A DNA stretch of 64,000 nucleotides from an uncultured Desulfatitalea sp. (GTDB lineage Bacteria > Desulfobacterota > Desulfobacteria > Desulfobacterales > Desulfosarcinaceae). The notes under the pieces were generated by a model. It had not been told where the DNA came from. It saw only the letters and a list, made by a program, of their open reading frames with translations, and did no database searches. The stretch covers positions 704,001 to 768,000 of the forward strand of contig CAXXMB010000001.1 of assembly GCA_963668675.2 (NCBI GenBank), written 5' to 3'. Both the position numbers and the translations under genes were made by a program. Below are positions 56,441 to 64,000 of this stretch, one piece after another. Positions within the stretch are counted from its first letter, which is position 1; each line of letters begins with the position of its first letter.

Positions 56441-57419
56441 TTGCAAAGATATTCTTTTATCTCAAATCGATCACGCTGATCTCACCTTTCTCATCAGCAC
56501 GGAAGAGTCCGTCGAGAGTTTGAAGGCATCGATCCAGTGCGTTGGCTTAATTCAACCCCCCATACTCATTTCAAAATCGAAACAGGAAGACCGTGAAAAA
56601 AAGTATGCTATTGTGGTCGGTTTCCGGCGCATCAGGGCGTGTCGTGAGCTGGGTTGGGTGCATCTTACGGCAATGTGTCTCGAATCAGATACCCCATTTA
56701 TAAGGTGTGTATTGGCTGCCGTCAGTGGGAATCTCTCTCATAGAAAGTTGAATCTGGTTGAAGCGGCACGTTGTTTTGCACTGCTCGAAAATGAGACGGA
56801 TCAGAGCGAGGAGATCTATCAGACCCTTGCTTCAATTGGGCTTCAAAACAATAAAGAGATGATTGCCAAACTGAAAAAGATTGGCGATATGGGGGGGCTG
56901 CTGCAACAAGGACTGATCCTGGGTTCGATTGCGCTACCTGTCGCGCTGGAATTGTACGCAATGTCCGATGAATCCGGTGCGAAGGCCCTCACTGGACTGT
57001 TGCTGGAGTTGAAGCTCAGTTTGAGCCGCCAACGAGAGACGTTGGATTGGGTCCAGGCCATCGCCCATCGGGAAAAGTTGGACATCGAGCGGGTTTTGGG
57101 CGACGAGGCCATACGTCGTTGCCGTCGAAATACAACCGTCGACGCTCCTCGAAAGGCCAGCGTGATTAGAGCCCTTTTGAGAAAACGAAGATACCCTGAG
57201 ATTTCCGCCCACGAACAAAAATATGCGAATGCCCTTAAATCATTGACCATCCCGAAATCACTCCAAATCATTCCTCCGGCACATTTTGAAAGCCCATCCT
57301 ACGGCTTGAAGATCGATTTCAAGACGGTCGATGGATTGGATAAACGGCTGGAGGAAGCACGAAAGATGATACATTCCCCATCCTTTATATCGCTTCTAAA
57401 TACCTCCAAGTCTGAATAG
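56430..57419 (+). CDS. ParB/Srx N-terminal-domain protein (orphan)
   Basis: [31 protein letters not shown]. Confidence 0.8.
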   Translation: MEFDCKDILLSQIDHADLTFLISTEESVESLKASIQCVGLIQPPILISKSKQEDREKKYAIVVGFRRIRACRELGWVHLTAMCLESDTPFIRCVLAAVSGNLSHRKLNLVEAARCFALLENETDQSEEIYQTLASIGLQNNKEMIAKLKKIGDMGGLLQQGLILGSIALPVALELYAMSDESGAKALTGLLLELKLSLSRQRETLDWVQAIAHREKLDIERVLGDEAIRRCRRNTTVDAPRKASVIRALLRKRRYPEISAHEQKYANALKSLTIPKSLQIIPPAHFESPSYGLKIDFKTVDGLDKRLEEARKMIHSPSFISLLNTSKSE

Positions 57420-57562
57420 CTTCACTATTTGTAATTGCCACCTTTGTTCGCCCTTAAAAAACCCTTTCGTTTAGATCGATAGAAAAGGACGAACTGTGGT
57501 AATGGGATGGATGTCTATAAGAACATAAAATGATTAGAAAAAATAAAGTGAACAAAAATAAG

Positions 57563-57591
57563 TTGACAAAATAAGAATAATGAAATTTAAT
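57563..57591 (+). promoter_or_regulatory. Sigma70 promoter of the TetR gene
   Basis: TTGACA-N17-TTTAAT with an A-rich upstream element. Confidence 0.7.
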
Positions 57592-57621
57592 CAACTAAAA
57601 GAAATAAATGGGATTCAGAAA

Positions 57622-58251
57622 ATGGGGATCCAAGAAAGAAAAGAGCGTGAAAAAGAGCGAAGGCGGCAACAAATCATGGTCGCGGCCAAAAGAATTTTTT
57701 CAGACAAGGGGTTTGGCCGAGCCACGATGGAGGACATTGCCAACGAAGCCGAATTGAGTCCCGGTACTTTATATCTCTACTTTAGAAGCAAAGACGAACT
57801 GTGTGTTTCCCTGTCACTTAGGGTGCTCGAATACTTGCTGATCAGAATGGAGCATCTGAATGCTGACAGTCATATTGATTCCGTAGATAAGATTTCTCAA
57901 CTTAAAAAAGCACTTCTTGACGTTTACGAGTTTGATCCGCTGATTTTGACCAATCTGTTTCATTTGCAATCAAACGATGCAGTGAGTTCGCTCAGCCCTG
58001 AATTGAAGAGCGATATTAAAAAATTGAGCGACGCGGCGTTGGATAAGATGGCATCGATATTCCAAACGGCCATAGAGAATGGAACCTGCATCGACTGGCC
58101 ACCAGCAGCTTTGGCGAAAACCATATGGGCCATGTTCTATGGTATCGTCCTCTGGGAAAAGGGTAGTACCGGACACAAGCCCCATATCGGGCTGATCGAA
58201 CCCTTGATTGACAGAGCGTTTAAGGTGTTTGAACGGGGTATTCGTATATGA
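57622..58251 (+). CDS. TetR/AcrR-family transcriptional regulator
   Basis: ERKERE...RRQQI..AA..IF...GF..ATMEDIA.EAELS.GTLYLYF.SKDEL; start placed downstream of the promoter. Confidence 0.93.
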   Translation: MGIQERKEREKERRRQQIMVAAKRIFSDKGFGRATMEDIANEAELSPGTLYLYFRSKDELCVSLSLRVLEYLLIRMEHLNADSHIDSVDKISQLKKALLDVYEFDPLILTNLFHLQSNDAVSSLSPELKSDIKKLSDAALDKMASIFQTAIENGTCIDWPPAALAKTIWAMFYGIVLWEKGSTGHKPHIGLIEPLIDRAFKVFERGIRI

Positions 58252-58654
58252 AAGAGGAAAGCCTTTGCAGGGCTGAAAATACTGATGCGGTAGTGCCAGC
58301 AGGCGCCGTTTTATTATCATACTCGTATGGAGCGCTTCTTAATCAATCGTGATTGAACCAGTCGCTGGCCAAGTAAACATCTCCTCCTCAAGGTCCAGCA
58401 AAACTCTTCCTCTTTGTATAGATCCGACGTTAGGCTATCACCGTCCTGAGCTTTATCAAAAAACGTTGTCAAGAAAACAGTAAACTATGTTCTGTTCCGC
58501 AAACGGATGAAAGGGGGGATAAGACTGTTAGGGGTTATCTCTGTCAAAGGCAGTTGCCATGCCTGGTGAATAAGAACAAACGCTGTTCATTCATTCGACA
58601 ATGGCAGTGGCACGATTGAGAAAACGTAATCAATATGATGAAGGGGTGTGCGAC

Positions 58655-60685
58655 ATGACAGAAAAGGAAATCGTCGAAACTTCAGAAGCTGAAATTGCTG
58701 TACATTGGCAGGAGGAGGCGTATTACCATCCTTCCGCACAATTTATCGCCCAGGCCAACATGACCGATCCTGATGTTTTCAAGCGATTCAGCCTGGACAA
58801 CTTTCCAAACTGTTTCAAAGAGTACGCCGATCTGCTTGATTGGTATTCGTATTGGGACACCATGCTGGATACCAGTGATGCGCCGTGTTGGAAGTGGTTT
58901 GTTGGCGGAAAGATCAATGCCAGCTATAACTGCATAGACCGCCATCTGGCAAAGAACAAGAATAAAACCGCTATTCATTTCGTGCCCGAACCGATCGAGG
59001 AGAAATACGAACACATCACCTACCGCGAATTGTATGTGCGTGTGAACGAATTCGCTGCGCTCTTGAGGGACTTTTGCGGTCTCAAAGCGGGCGATCGCGT
59101 CACCCTGCATATGCCCATGACGCCTGAACTGCCAATTACAATGCTGGCCTGTGCACGGTTGGGGGTCATCCATTCGCAGGTTTTCGGCGGATTCAGCGGC
59201 ACCGCCTGCGCGGATCGCATCGTCGACTCCGGAAGCAACGTGCTCATCACCATGGACGCTTACTATCGTAGCGGAACCTTGATCGATCACAAGAAAAACG
59301 CAGATGTAGCTGTGGAGCATGCTGCCAAAGAGGGGCAAAAGGTTGATAAAGTTCTGGTGTGGCAGCGCTATCCCGGGAAAAACTCCTCCGACACACCAAT
59401 GGTCGAAGGCAGGGACTACTTCGTCAACGGTGTGTTGAACGACTATTACGGGGCAAGGGTCGACCCGGTCCAAATGCCTGCCGAAGCGCCTCTGTTTCTC
59501 ATGTACACCAGCGGTACCACTGGCAAGCCAAAAGGGTGCCAGCATAGCACCGGCGGGTATCTCGCATACGTGGCAGGCACTTCGAAGTACGTGCAGGATA
59601 TCCATCCGGAGGATGTTTACTGGTGTATGGCCGATATCGGTTGGATTACCGGTCACTCATACATCGTATACGGACCGCTGGCGATATGTGCCTCAACGGT
59701 GATATACGAAGGCGTACCCACCTTTCCGGATGCCGGCAGACCCTGGCGAATTGCCCAGGATCTGGATGTCAATATATTCCATACAGCGCCTACAGCTATT
59801 CGTGCCTTGCGAAAAATCGGACCGGCCGAACCTGCCAAGTACGAATACCACTTCAAACACATGACCACGGTGGGCGAACCAATCGAACCGGAAGTGTGGA
59901 AGTGGTACCACAAAGAGGTAGGAAAGGGCGAAGCGATCATCGTGGACACCTGGTGGCAGACAGAGACCGGTGGATTTCTCTGCAGTACGCTGCCCGCCCT
60001 TACACCGATGAAACCGGGCAGCGCCGGACCAGGCATGCCGGGGATTCATCCCATCATTTATGATGACGAAGGCAATATCATGCCATCCGGGGCCGGCAAA
60101 GCAGGCAACATCTGCATACAGAATCCATGGCCGGGGGCTTTCCAGACGATATGGGGCGACCGGGATCGTTTCGTGACCAACTACTACGCGAGATACTGCA
60201 AAAACCCCGACAGCAAAGATTGGCGTGATTGGCCCTATCTGACCGGCGATGCAGCAGTAGAGGCCAAGGATGGGTACTATCGTATCCTGGGACGCATCGA
60301 CGATGTGATCAACGTATCCGGCCACAGACTCGGTACCAAGGAGATCGAATCTGCTGCGCTGGTCGTCCAAGAGGTCGCCGAAGCCGCCGTTGTACCGGTT
60401 GCCCATGAGATCAAGGGGAGGGAGCCGGATCTGTACATCGCGCTGAAACCCGGTTTCGAAGCCTCGGATGCGTTGGCCAAAAAGATCTCCGATGCGATTT
60501 GCGAAGAGATCGGAAAGATCGCCAAACCACGGCACGTGTGGATCGTCAGCGATATGCCCAAAACAAGATCGGGCAAGATCATGCGGCGTGTGCTGGGTGC
60601 CATCTCCAATCAGAAGGATGTTGGCGATGTCACAACGCTGGCCAATCCGGATGTCGTCGAGGAGATCCGCAATATGGTGAAGTAG
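58655..60685 (+). CDS. acs: Acetyl-CoA synthetase (AMP-forming)
   Basis: YTSGTTGKPKG, ADIGWITGHSY, VGEPI, DTWWQTETGG, GRIDDVINVSGHR, PKTRSGKIMRR. Confidence 0.97.
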   Translation: MTEKEIVETSEAEIAVHWQEEAYYHPSAQFIAQANMTDPDVFKRFSLDNFPNCFKEYADLLDWYSYWDTMLDTSDAPCWKWFVGGKINASYNCIDRHLAKNKNKTAIHFVPEPIEEKYEHITYRELYVRVNEFAALLRDFCGLKAGDRVTLHMPMTPELPITMLACARLGVIHSQVFGGFSGTACADRIVDSGSNVLITMDAYYRSGTLIDHKKNADVAVEHAAKEGQKVDKVLVWQRYPGKNSSDTPMVEGRDYFVNGVLNDYYGARVDPVQMPAEAPLFLMYTSGTTGKPKGCQHSTGGYLAYVAGTSKYVQDIHPEDVYWCMADIGWITGHSYIVYGPLAICASTVIYEGVPTFPDAGRPWRIAQDLDVNIFHTAPTAIRALRKIGPAEPAKYEYHFKHMTTVGEPIEPEVWKWYHKEVGKGEAIIVDTWWQTETGGFLCSTLPALTPMKPGSAGPGMPGIHPIIYDDEGNIMPSGAGKAGNICIQNPWPGAFQTIWGDRDRFVTNYYARYCKNPDSKDWRDWPYLTGDAAVEAKDGYYRILGRIDDVINVSGHRLGTKEIESAALVVQEVAEAAVVPVAHEIKGREPDLYIALKPGFEASDALAKKISDAICEEIGKIAKPRHVWIVSDMPKTRSGKIMRRVLGAISNQKDVGDVTTLANPDVVEEIRNMVK

Positions 60686-60707
60686 ACCGGAATAGGGTGT
60701 GTTTCGA

Positions 60708-60738
60708 AGCTGCCGCTCTCATCTTACGAGCGGCAGCT
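60708..60738. terminator. Stem-loop after acs (terminator or mRNA stability element)
   Basis: 11-bp stem AGCTGCCGCTC / GAGCGGCAGCT; no clear U-tract. Confidence 0.55.
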
Positions 60739-60915
60739 ACAAAGGCTCCTTGGGGCCAAAACACCAAAAGATCAGATAGCGTAGTTCGATGTTTATCAGA
60801 AACCATCCGTGGGGATGAAGGGGGGTGATCGATGGAGGGGAGGACCGAACAATGGTGGCTGACCGCCTTGAACGGTCGGTCGAATAACTGATACCGGGCA
60901 CAGGAGGAAAGAACC

Positions 60916-62709
60916 ATGGCTGATACCACATGGGTCTATATCTTTTTGGGAATTTACATCATCTATTGCTTTTATTGGGGGCTGAAAGGCTATTTTACCG
61001 AGAAAACATCAGCAGGCTACGCTATTGCAGGTCGTTCGATACCTTTTTTCGCCTTTCTCATGGCGGCAACCGCCGCCTCGTTCAGTGGCTGGACCTTTAT
61101 CGGGCACCCTGGACTGATATGGCGTGATGGCTTGGCCTATGCCTTTGCATCGTTCTATGTATTGACCATTCCTATCACCGGAACATTTTTCTCCAAACGA
61201 ACCTGGTTGATGGGCAAGCGATATGGATTTATTACACCTGGCGACATGTATGCCTACTACTACAACACCGAAGCCGTTCGTTGGCTGACGGTGTTTACCG
61301 CTTTCCTTTACTCCATGTTCTATTCAGCGGTTCAACTGATGGCATCGGCAGCCCTGTTTCACTATGTGGCGGGTGTGCCGGTCACCTTCGGCGCCATTTT
61401 CATGGCGTTTATCGTCTGGTTTTATGTCTGTACGGGTGGCCTGAAAGCGAGTACCTGGGTCGGGGTCATCCAGTTTATTCTTCTGGTCGGCGGTATCATT
61501 TTGTTGGGTTCCTATATGATCGCCCCGCCGGACGCATGGACCGGATGGACGCAATTCTCGGCTGAGGTTGCCAAACTGCCGTCCATTCAGTTGGAAGTTC
61601 CAAGGATCATCAACTTCGGCCTTGGCGGTGCTGAGGGCGAAAGTGCCTGGACCGCTGTAATGGTTCTCTCCTACATGTTTGCTCTCATGGGCATCCAATC
61701 ATCACCGGCCTTCACGATGTGGACCTTCGGCATCAAGTCTCCGAAGCCGTTGGCCTGGCAGCAGGCATTCATGTCCACCTTCGTCGTCGGGTTTGCCCTT
61801 TTCTTCTTTACCGCTTTTCAGGGGATGGGCGCCAAGGTACTCGAAGTCAAAGGCATCATGGAATTCGCAAAGGATTCAGATGTCGTGCCGCTGTTGATGA
61901 CCAAGTATCTGCCAGGCTTTGCGCTGGGTCTGGTCTTCATGGGGGCGATCGCGGCTATTCATTCAACCGCCGCACCCTATATCGGGACAGGGGGATCGAT
62001 CCTGTTGCGCGATGTTTACTACAGATACATCCGCCAGCAGAAAGCAGGACATGCTGAGCAGATTTGGATGAACCGTCTTCTGGCCACCCTGGTGACCGTA
62101 GCGGCTCTGACCGTGGGGCTGACATCCAAGGCCGCGTTGGTTATTTTGGGGGCTTTGGCAACGGCCTTCGGATTTGTCATGTACGTTATGCTCGTCGGGG
62201 TGATATGGGGATTCCGCTTCCCGAGCATAGGGGCCACGCTTGGCGTGCTGTCCGGTATGGTTGCGGTTTTTCTGACCTACTATGTATGGCGCAACCCGCT
62301 GTCCATGCATTGCGCTTTCTGGGGCACCTTCACAGGATTGGTCGTGGCTTATCTTTGCCGCGGCTTGGGATTTAAAGACAACGAAGAGACGATCAAGCGC
62401 CAGGCGGAGGTGCGCGCTTTTCTTGACGACATCGATGCACCGTCGGAAGCGGGTCAAAAGTGGCGAAACGCGTTGAAGATCATAGTGCCACTGTGGTACT
62501 TTTTCGCCATTGGCCCAGCTTGTATTCTCGGCAACAACGCCTTTTCGTTTGCCGGTTTTCCGCCGCTGTGGTCATGGCAGATCGCGTGGTGGATCCTTGG
62601 TATTATCATGATGTGGGCACTCTGCTTCAAGGCTGAAATGGCCACGACCAATGCTACCCAGATCGATCGGGCAGAGAAGGAAACCATGATTGTCATCAAG
62701 GAAGCCTAA
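60916..62709 (+). CDS. Sodium:solute symporter family protein, probable acetate/monocarboxylate permease
   Basis: Y..AGR, AASFSGWTF.G.PG, GKRYGFITP.D, GGLKA..W, AAI.ST; many TM helices; follows acs. Confidence 0.9.
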   Translation: MADTTWVYIFLGIYIIYCFYWGLKGYFTEKTSAGYAIAGRSIPFFAFLMAATAASFSGWTFIGHPGLIWRDGLAYAFASFYVLTIPITGTFFSKRTWLMGKRYGFITPGDMYAYYYNTEAVRWLTVFTAFLYSMFYSAVQLMASAALFHYVAGVPVTFGAIFMAFIVWFYVCTGGLKASTWVGVIQFILLVGGIILLGSYMIAPPDAWTGWTQFSAEVAKLPSIQLEVPRIINFGLGGAEGESAWTAVMVLSYMFALMGIQSSPAFTMWTFGIKSPKPLAWQQAFMSTFVVGFALFFFTAFQGMGAKVLEVKGIMEFAKDSDVVPLLMTKYLPGFALGLVFMGAIAAIHSTAAPYIGTGGSILLRDVYYRYIRQQKAGHAEQIWMNRLLATLVTVAALTVGLTSKAALVILGALATAFGFVMYVMLVGVIWGFRFPSIGATLGVLSGMVAVFLTYYVWRNPLSMHCAFWGTFTGLVVAYLCRGLGFKDNEETIKRQAEVRAFLDDIDAPSEAGQKWRNALKIIVPLWYFFAIGPACILGNNAFSFAGFPPLWSWQIAWWILGIIMMWALCFKAEMATTNATQIDRAEKETMIVIKEA

Positions 62710-62734
62710 CCGATAGAAAAAGGAGATAACTATC

Positions 62735-62821
62735 ATGAAACATGAAGATTATTGGATGGTTGGAATCGTAGCCTTCTGCGTGCTCTGGACAGCCGCATTC
62801 GGTTGGGGATTCTTCGGATAG
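62735..62821 (+). CDS. 28-aa single-TM microprotein (absent from ORF track)
   Basis: AAGGAG RBS 9 nt before ATG; MKHEDYWMVGIVAFCVLWTAAFGWGFFG*. Confidence 0.7.
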   Translation: MKHEDYWMVGIVAFCVLWTAAFGWGFFG

Positions 62822-62962
62822 TCCATGGGGTTAAACAACTTCGACAGCAAGGGCAGCGCAAAACTTCGCGCACCCTTGCTGTCGAAGAAGACAAAATTGC
62901 CAAAAAGAGTTCGTATATGCCTTGAGGAGAAAAATCTCCTCCACAGTTTTTAAGGGAGGCTT

Positions 62963-63202
62963 GTGATGATAGTAGCGCTCGCACCCAAAATGGTGGAATG
63001 CAAGTGTGGCAATACCTTTGAAGCAACGCAACACAAGACATGGTGCCAGAAATGTTGCCGGCCGGTCTTTTACCATGAAAAGGATCAGCGCCGTTACAAG
63101 ATCACCAATCTATACATGATCGGCGTGATGGCCATGGTCATGATGTTCATCGCCTATATTTTCGTTGAAATGATCGCTGCGCCACTCTTGTCCATGCAGT
63201 AG
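62963..63202 (+). CDS. Small zinc-ribbon plus TM protein (79 aa)
   Basis: GGGAGG RBS; CKC...CQKC motif followed by a hydrophobic C-terminal helix. Confidence 0.75.
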   Translation: MMIVALAPKMVECKCGNTFEATQHKTWCQKCCRPVFYHEKDQRRYKITNLYMIGVMAMVMMFIAYIFVEMIAAPLLSMQ

Positions 63203-63298
63203 CGTTCCAGTCTGACAGTATGCCCAACTCTGATTGTGGGAAACGCTATTTTTGCCGGCCCACTACTCATGTTGGAAACAGCAGAGGAGGGCTGAAGC

Positions 63299-64000
63299 GT
63301 GAAGACCCAAAATAAATTCTGGTGGTTCGTTGCGGTAGCGCTAACCGTCACGCTTTTGGCCCTGTGTACCATCTGTGTACTTTTCTGGCAGCAATTATCC
63401 ATTGAGCAAAAGGGACTGCTGCTGACCATTTTCAAAGAGTACTTCGTCTATCTGTTCACCCTTATCTTTCTTCTTTTTACCCTATTGGGATTCGCACTGG
63501 ACTGGGTGTTCAGGTTCTACATCATTCCTGTAAACCAACTCGCCGAAGAGACCCGCCTGCTATATACTGTAAATCCTTCCCACACGATCGATGTGGATGG
63601 CAGCCATGATTTGATGCGACTTGCCGATATCATCAAAGAGAATGCACAGCAACAGGTCGATTTCAGAAAAAGCGTGGAAGTGCAGTTGCGCCGCGCGAAA
63701 ACGGAGACCGAATCCGAAAGAAACATCCTGGCCGCCATGCTGGAGGATTTACCGCAAGGTATCCTGGTCTGCAATATGGATGGGGTGATTGTCTTTTATA
63801 ATCGCAAAATAAAGGGGATGCTCACACACCACCAGTTGTCCGAAACCGTCGCGGCTGAAGACATGAAACTGTTGATCGGGATAGGCCGTTCCCTCTTTTC
63901 GTTTTTGGATAGAGGGTTGATTATGCCGGCCCTTGACCGAATCGCTGAGAAGCTTTCCATGGGGGAACAGGTGTTCAGTGAGCGCTTTCTAATTGAAACA
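63299..64000 (+). CDS. Truncated membrane protein (2TM-HAMP-PAS), probably the acs-linked PAS/DnaQ-like exonuclease family
   Basis: GAGGAGG RBS, GTG, open to the window end: 2 TM, P.NQLAEE...VNPSH, ESERNILAAML, ILVCN.DG.IVFYN, GIGRSLF; the exonuclease part lies outside the window. Confidence 0.7.
   Translation, partial: MKTQNKFWWFVAVALTVTLLALCTICVLFWQQLSIEQKGLLLTIFKEYFVYLFTLIFLLFTLLGFALDWVFRFYIIPVNQLAEETRLLYTVNPSHTIDVDGSHDLMRLADIIKENAQQQVDFRKSVEVQLRRAKTETESERNILAAMLEDLPQGILVCNMDGVIVFYNRKIKGMLTHHQLSETVAAEDMKLLIGIGRSLFSFLDRGLIMPALDRIAEKLSMGEQVFSERFLIET

Noticed and set aside
55571..56446. 291-aa antisense ORF over purC (similar long antisense ORFs over recB, acs, pilB and the adhesin)
   Set aside because: Shadow frames of well-supported genes caused by codon bias; no recognisable motifs
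58608..58625. TGGCAC upstream of acs as a sigma54 promoter
   Set aside because: No GC at the -12 position with GG-N10-GC spacing
60852..60887. 11-codon ORF with a GGAGG-like RBS between acs and the symporter
   Set aside because: Too short and not hydrophobic; no supporting evidence

Overview
A 64-kb chromosomal window, gene-dense and mostly housekeeping. Gene content suggests a sulfate-reducing deltaproteobacterium (Desulfobacterales-like); this is inference, not a database result. In order: foldase tail, yjgA/darP, hemW, a FliK-like/FlhB-C pair coupled to recB-recD (no recC in the window), a poly-HTH protein with nearby small Cys-rich ORFs, ilvA, a Tat-exported CrtI-like flavoprotein with LytS/2TM/LytTR, patatin, pgi and an MlaEFD/PqiC ABC system. 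Then REP repeats and a ~18-kb MSHA-like type IV pilus locus: adhesin, minor pilins, an inverted TMTC-like glycosyltransferase, a sigma54-driven major pilin, a membrane-anchored sigma54 activator, PilC, MshEN-PilB, ExeA-like ATPase, PilQ/P/O and a PilM-PilN fusion. The rest is an adenylate cyclase, ispF, uvrB, uvrC, mdh, a TPR-MglA-PATAN/cNMP-PilZ module, purC, an orphan ParB-like gene, TetR, acs, a solute:sodium symporter and a truncated HAMP/PAS membrane protein. I found no rRNA, tRNA, CRISPR array or transposase. The best candidates for undescribed systems are (i) the MglB-less MglA/PATAN-cNMP/PilZ module, possibly linked to the pilus, (ii) the TM-HAMP-sigma54 one-component pilin regulator, and (iii) the poly-HTH and Cys-rich microprotein locus. 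Two small ORFs below the ORF-track cutoff were read by hand (11422-11601, 59 aa; 62735-62821, 28 aa).
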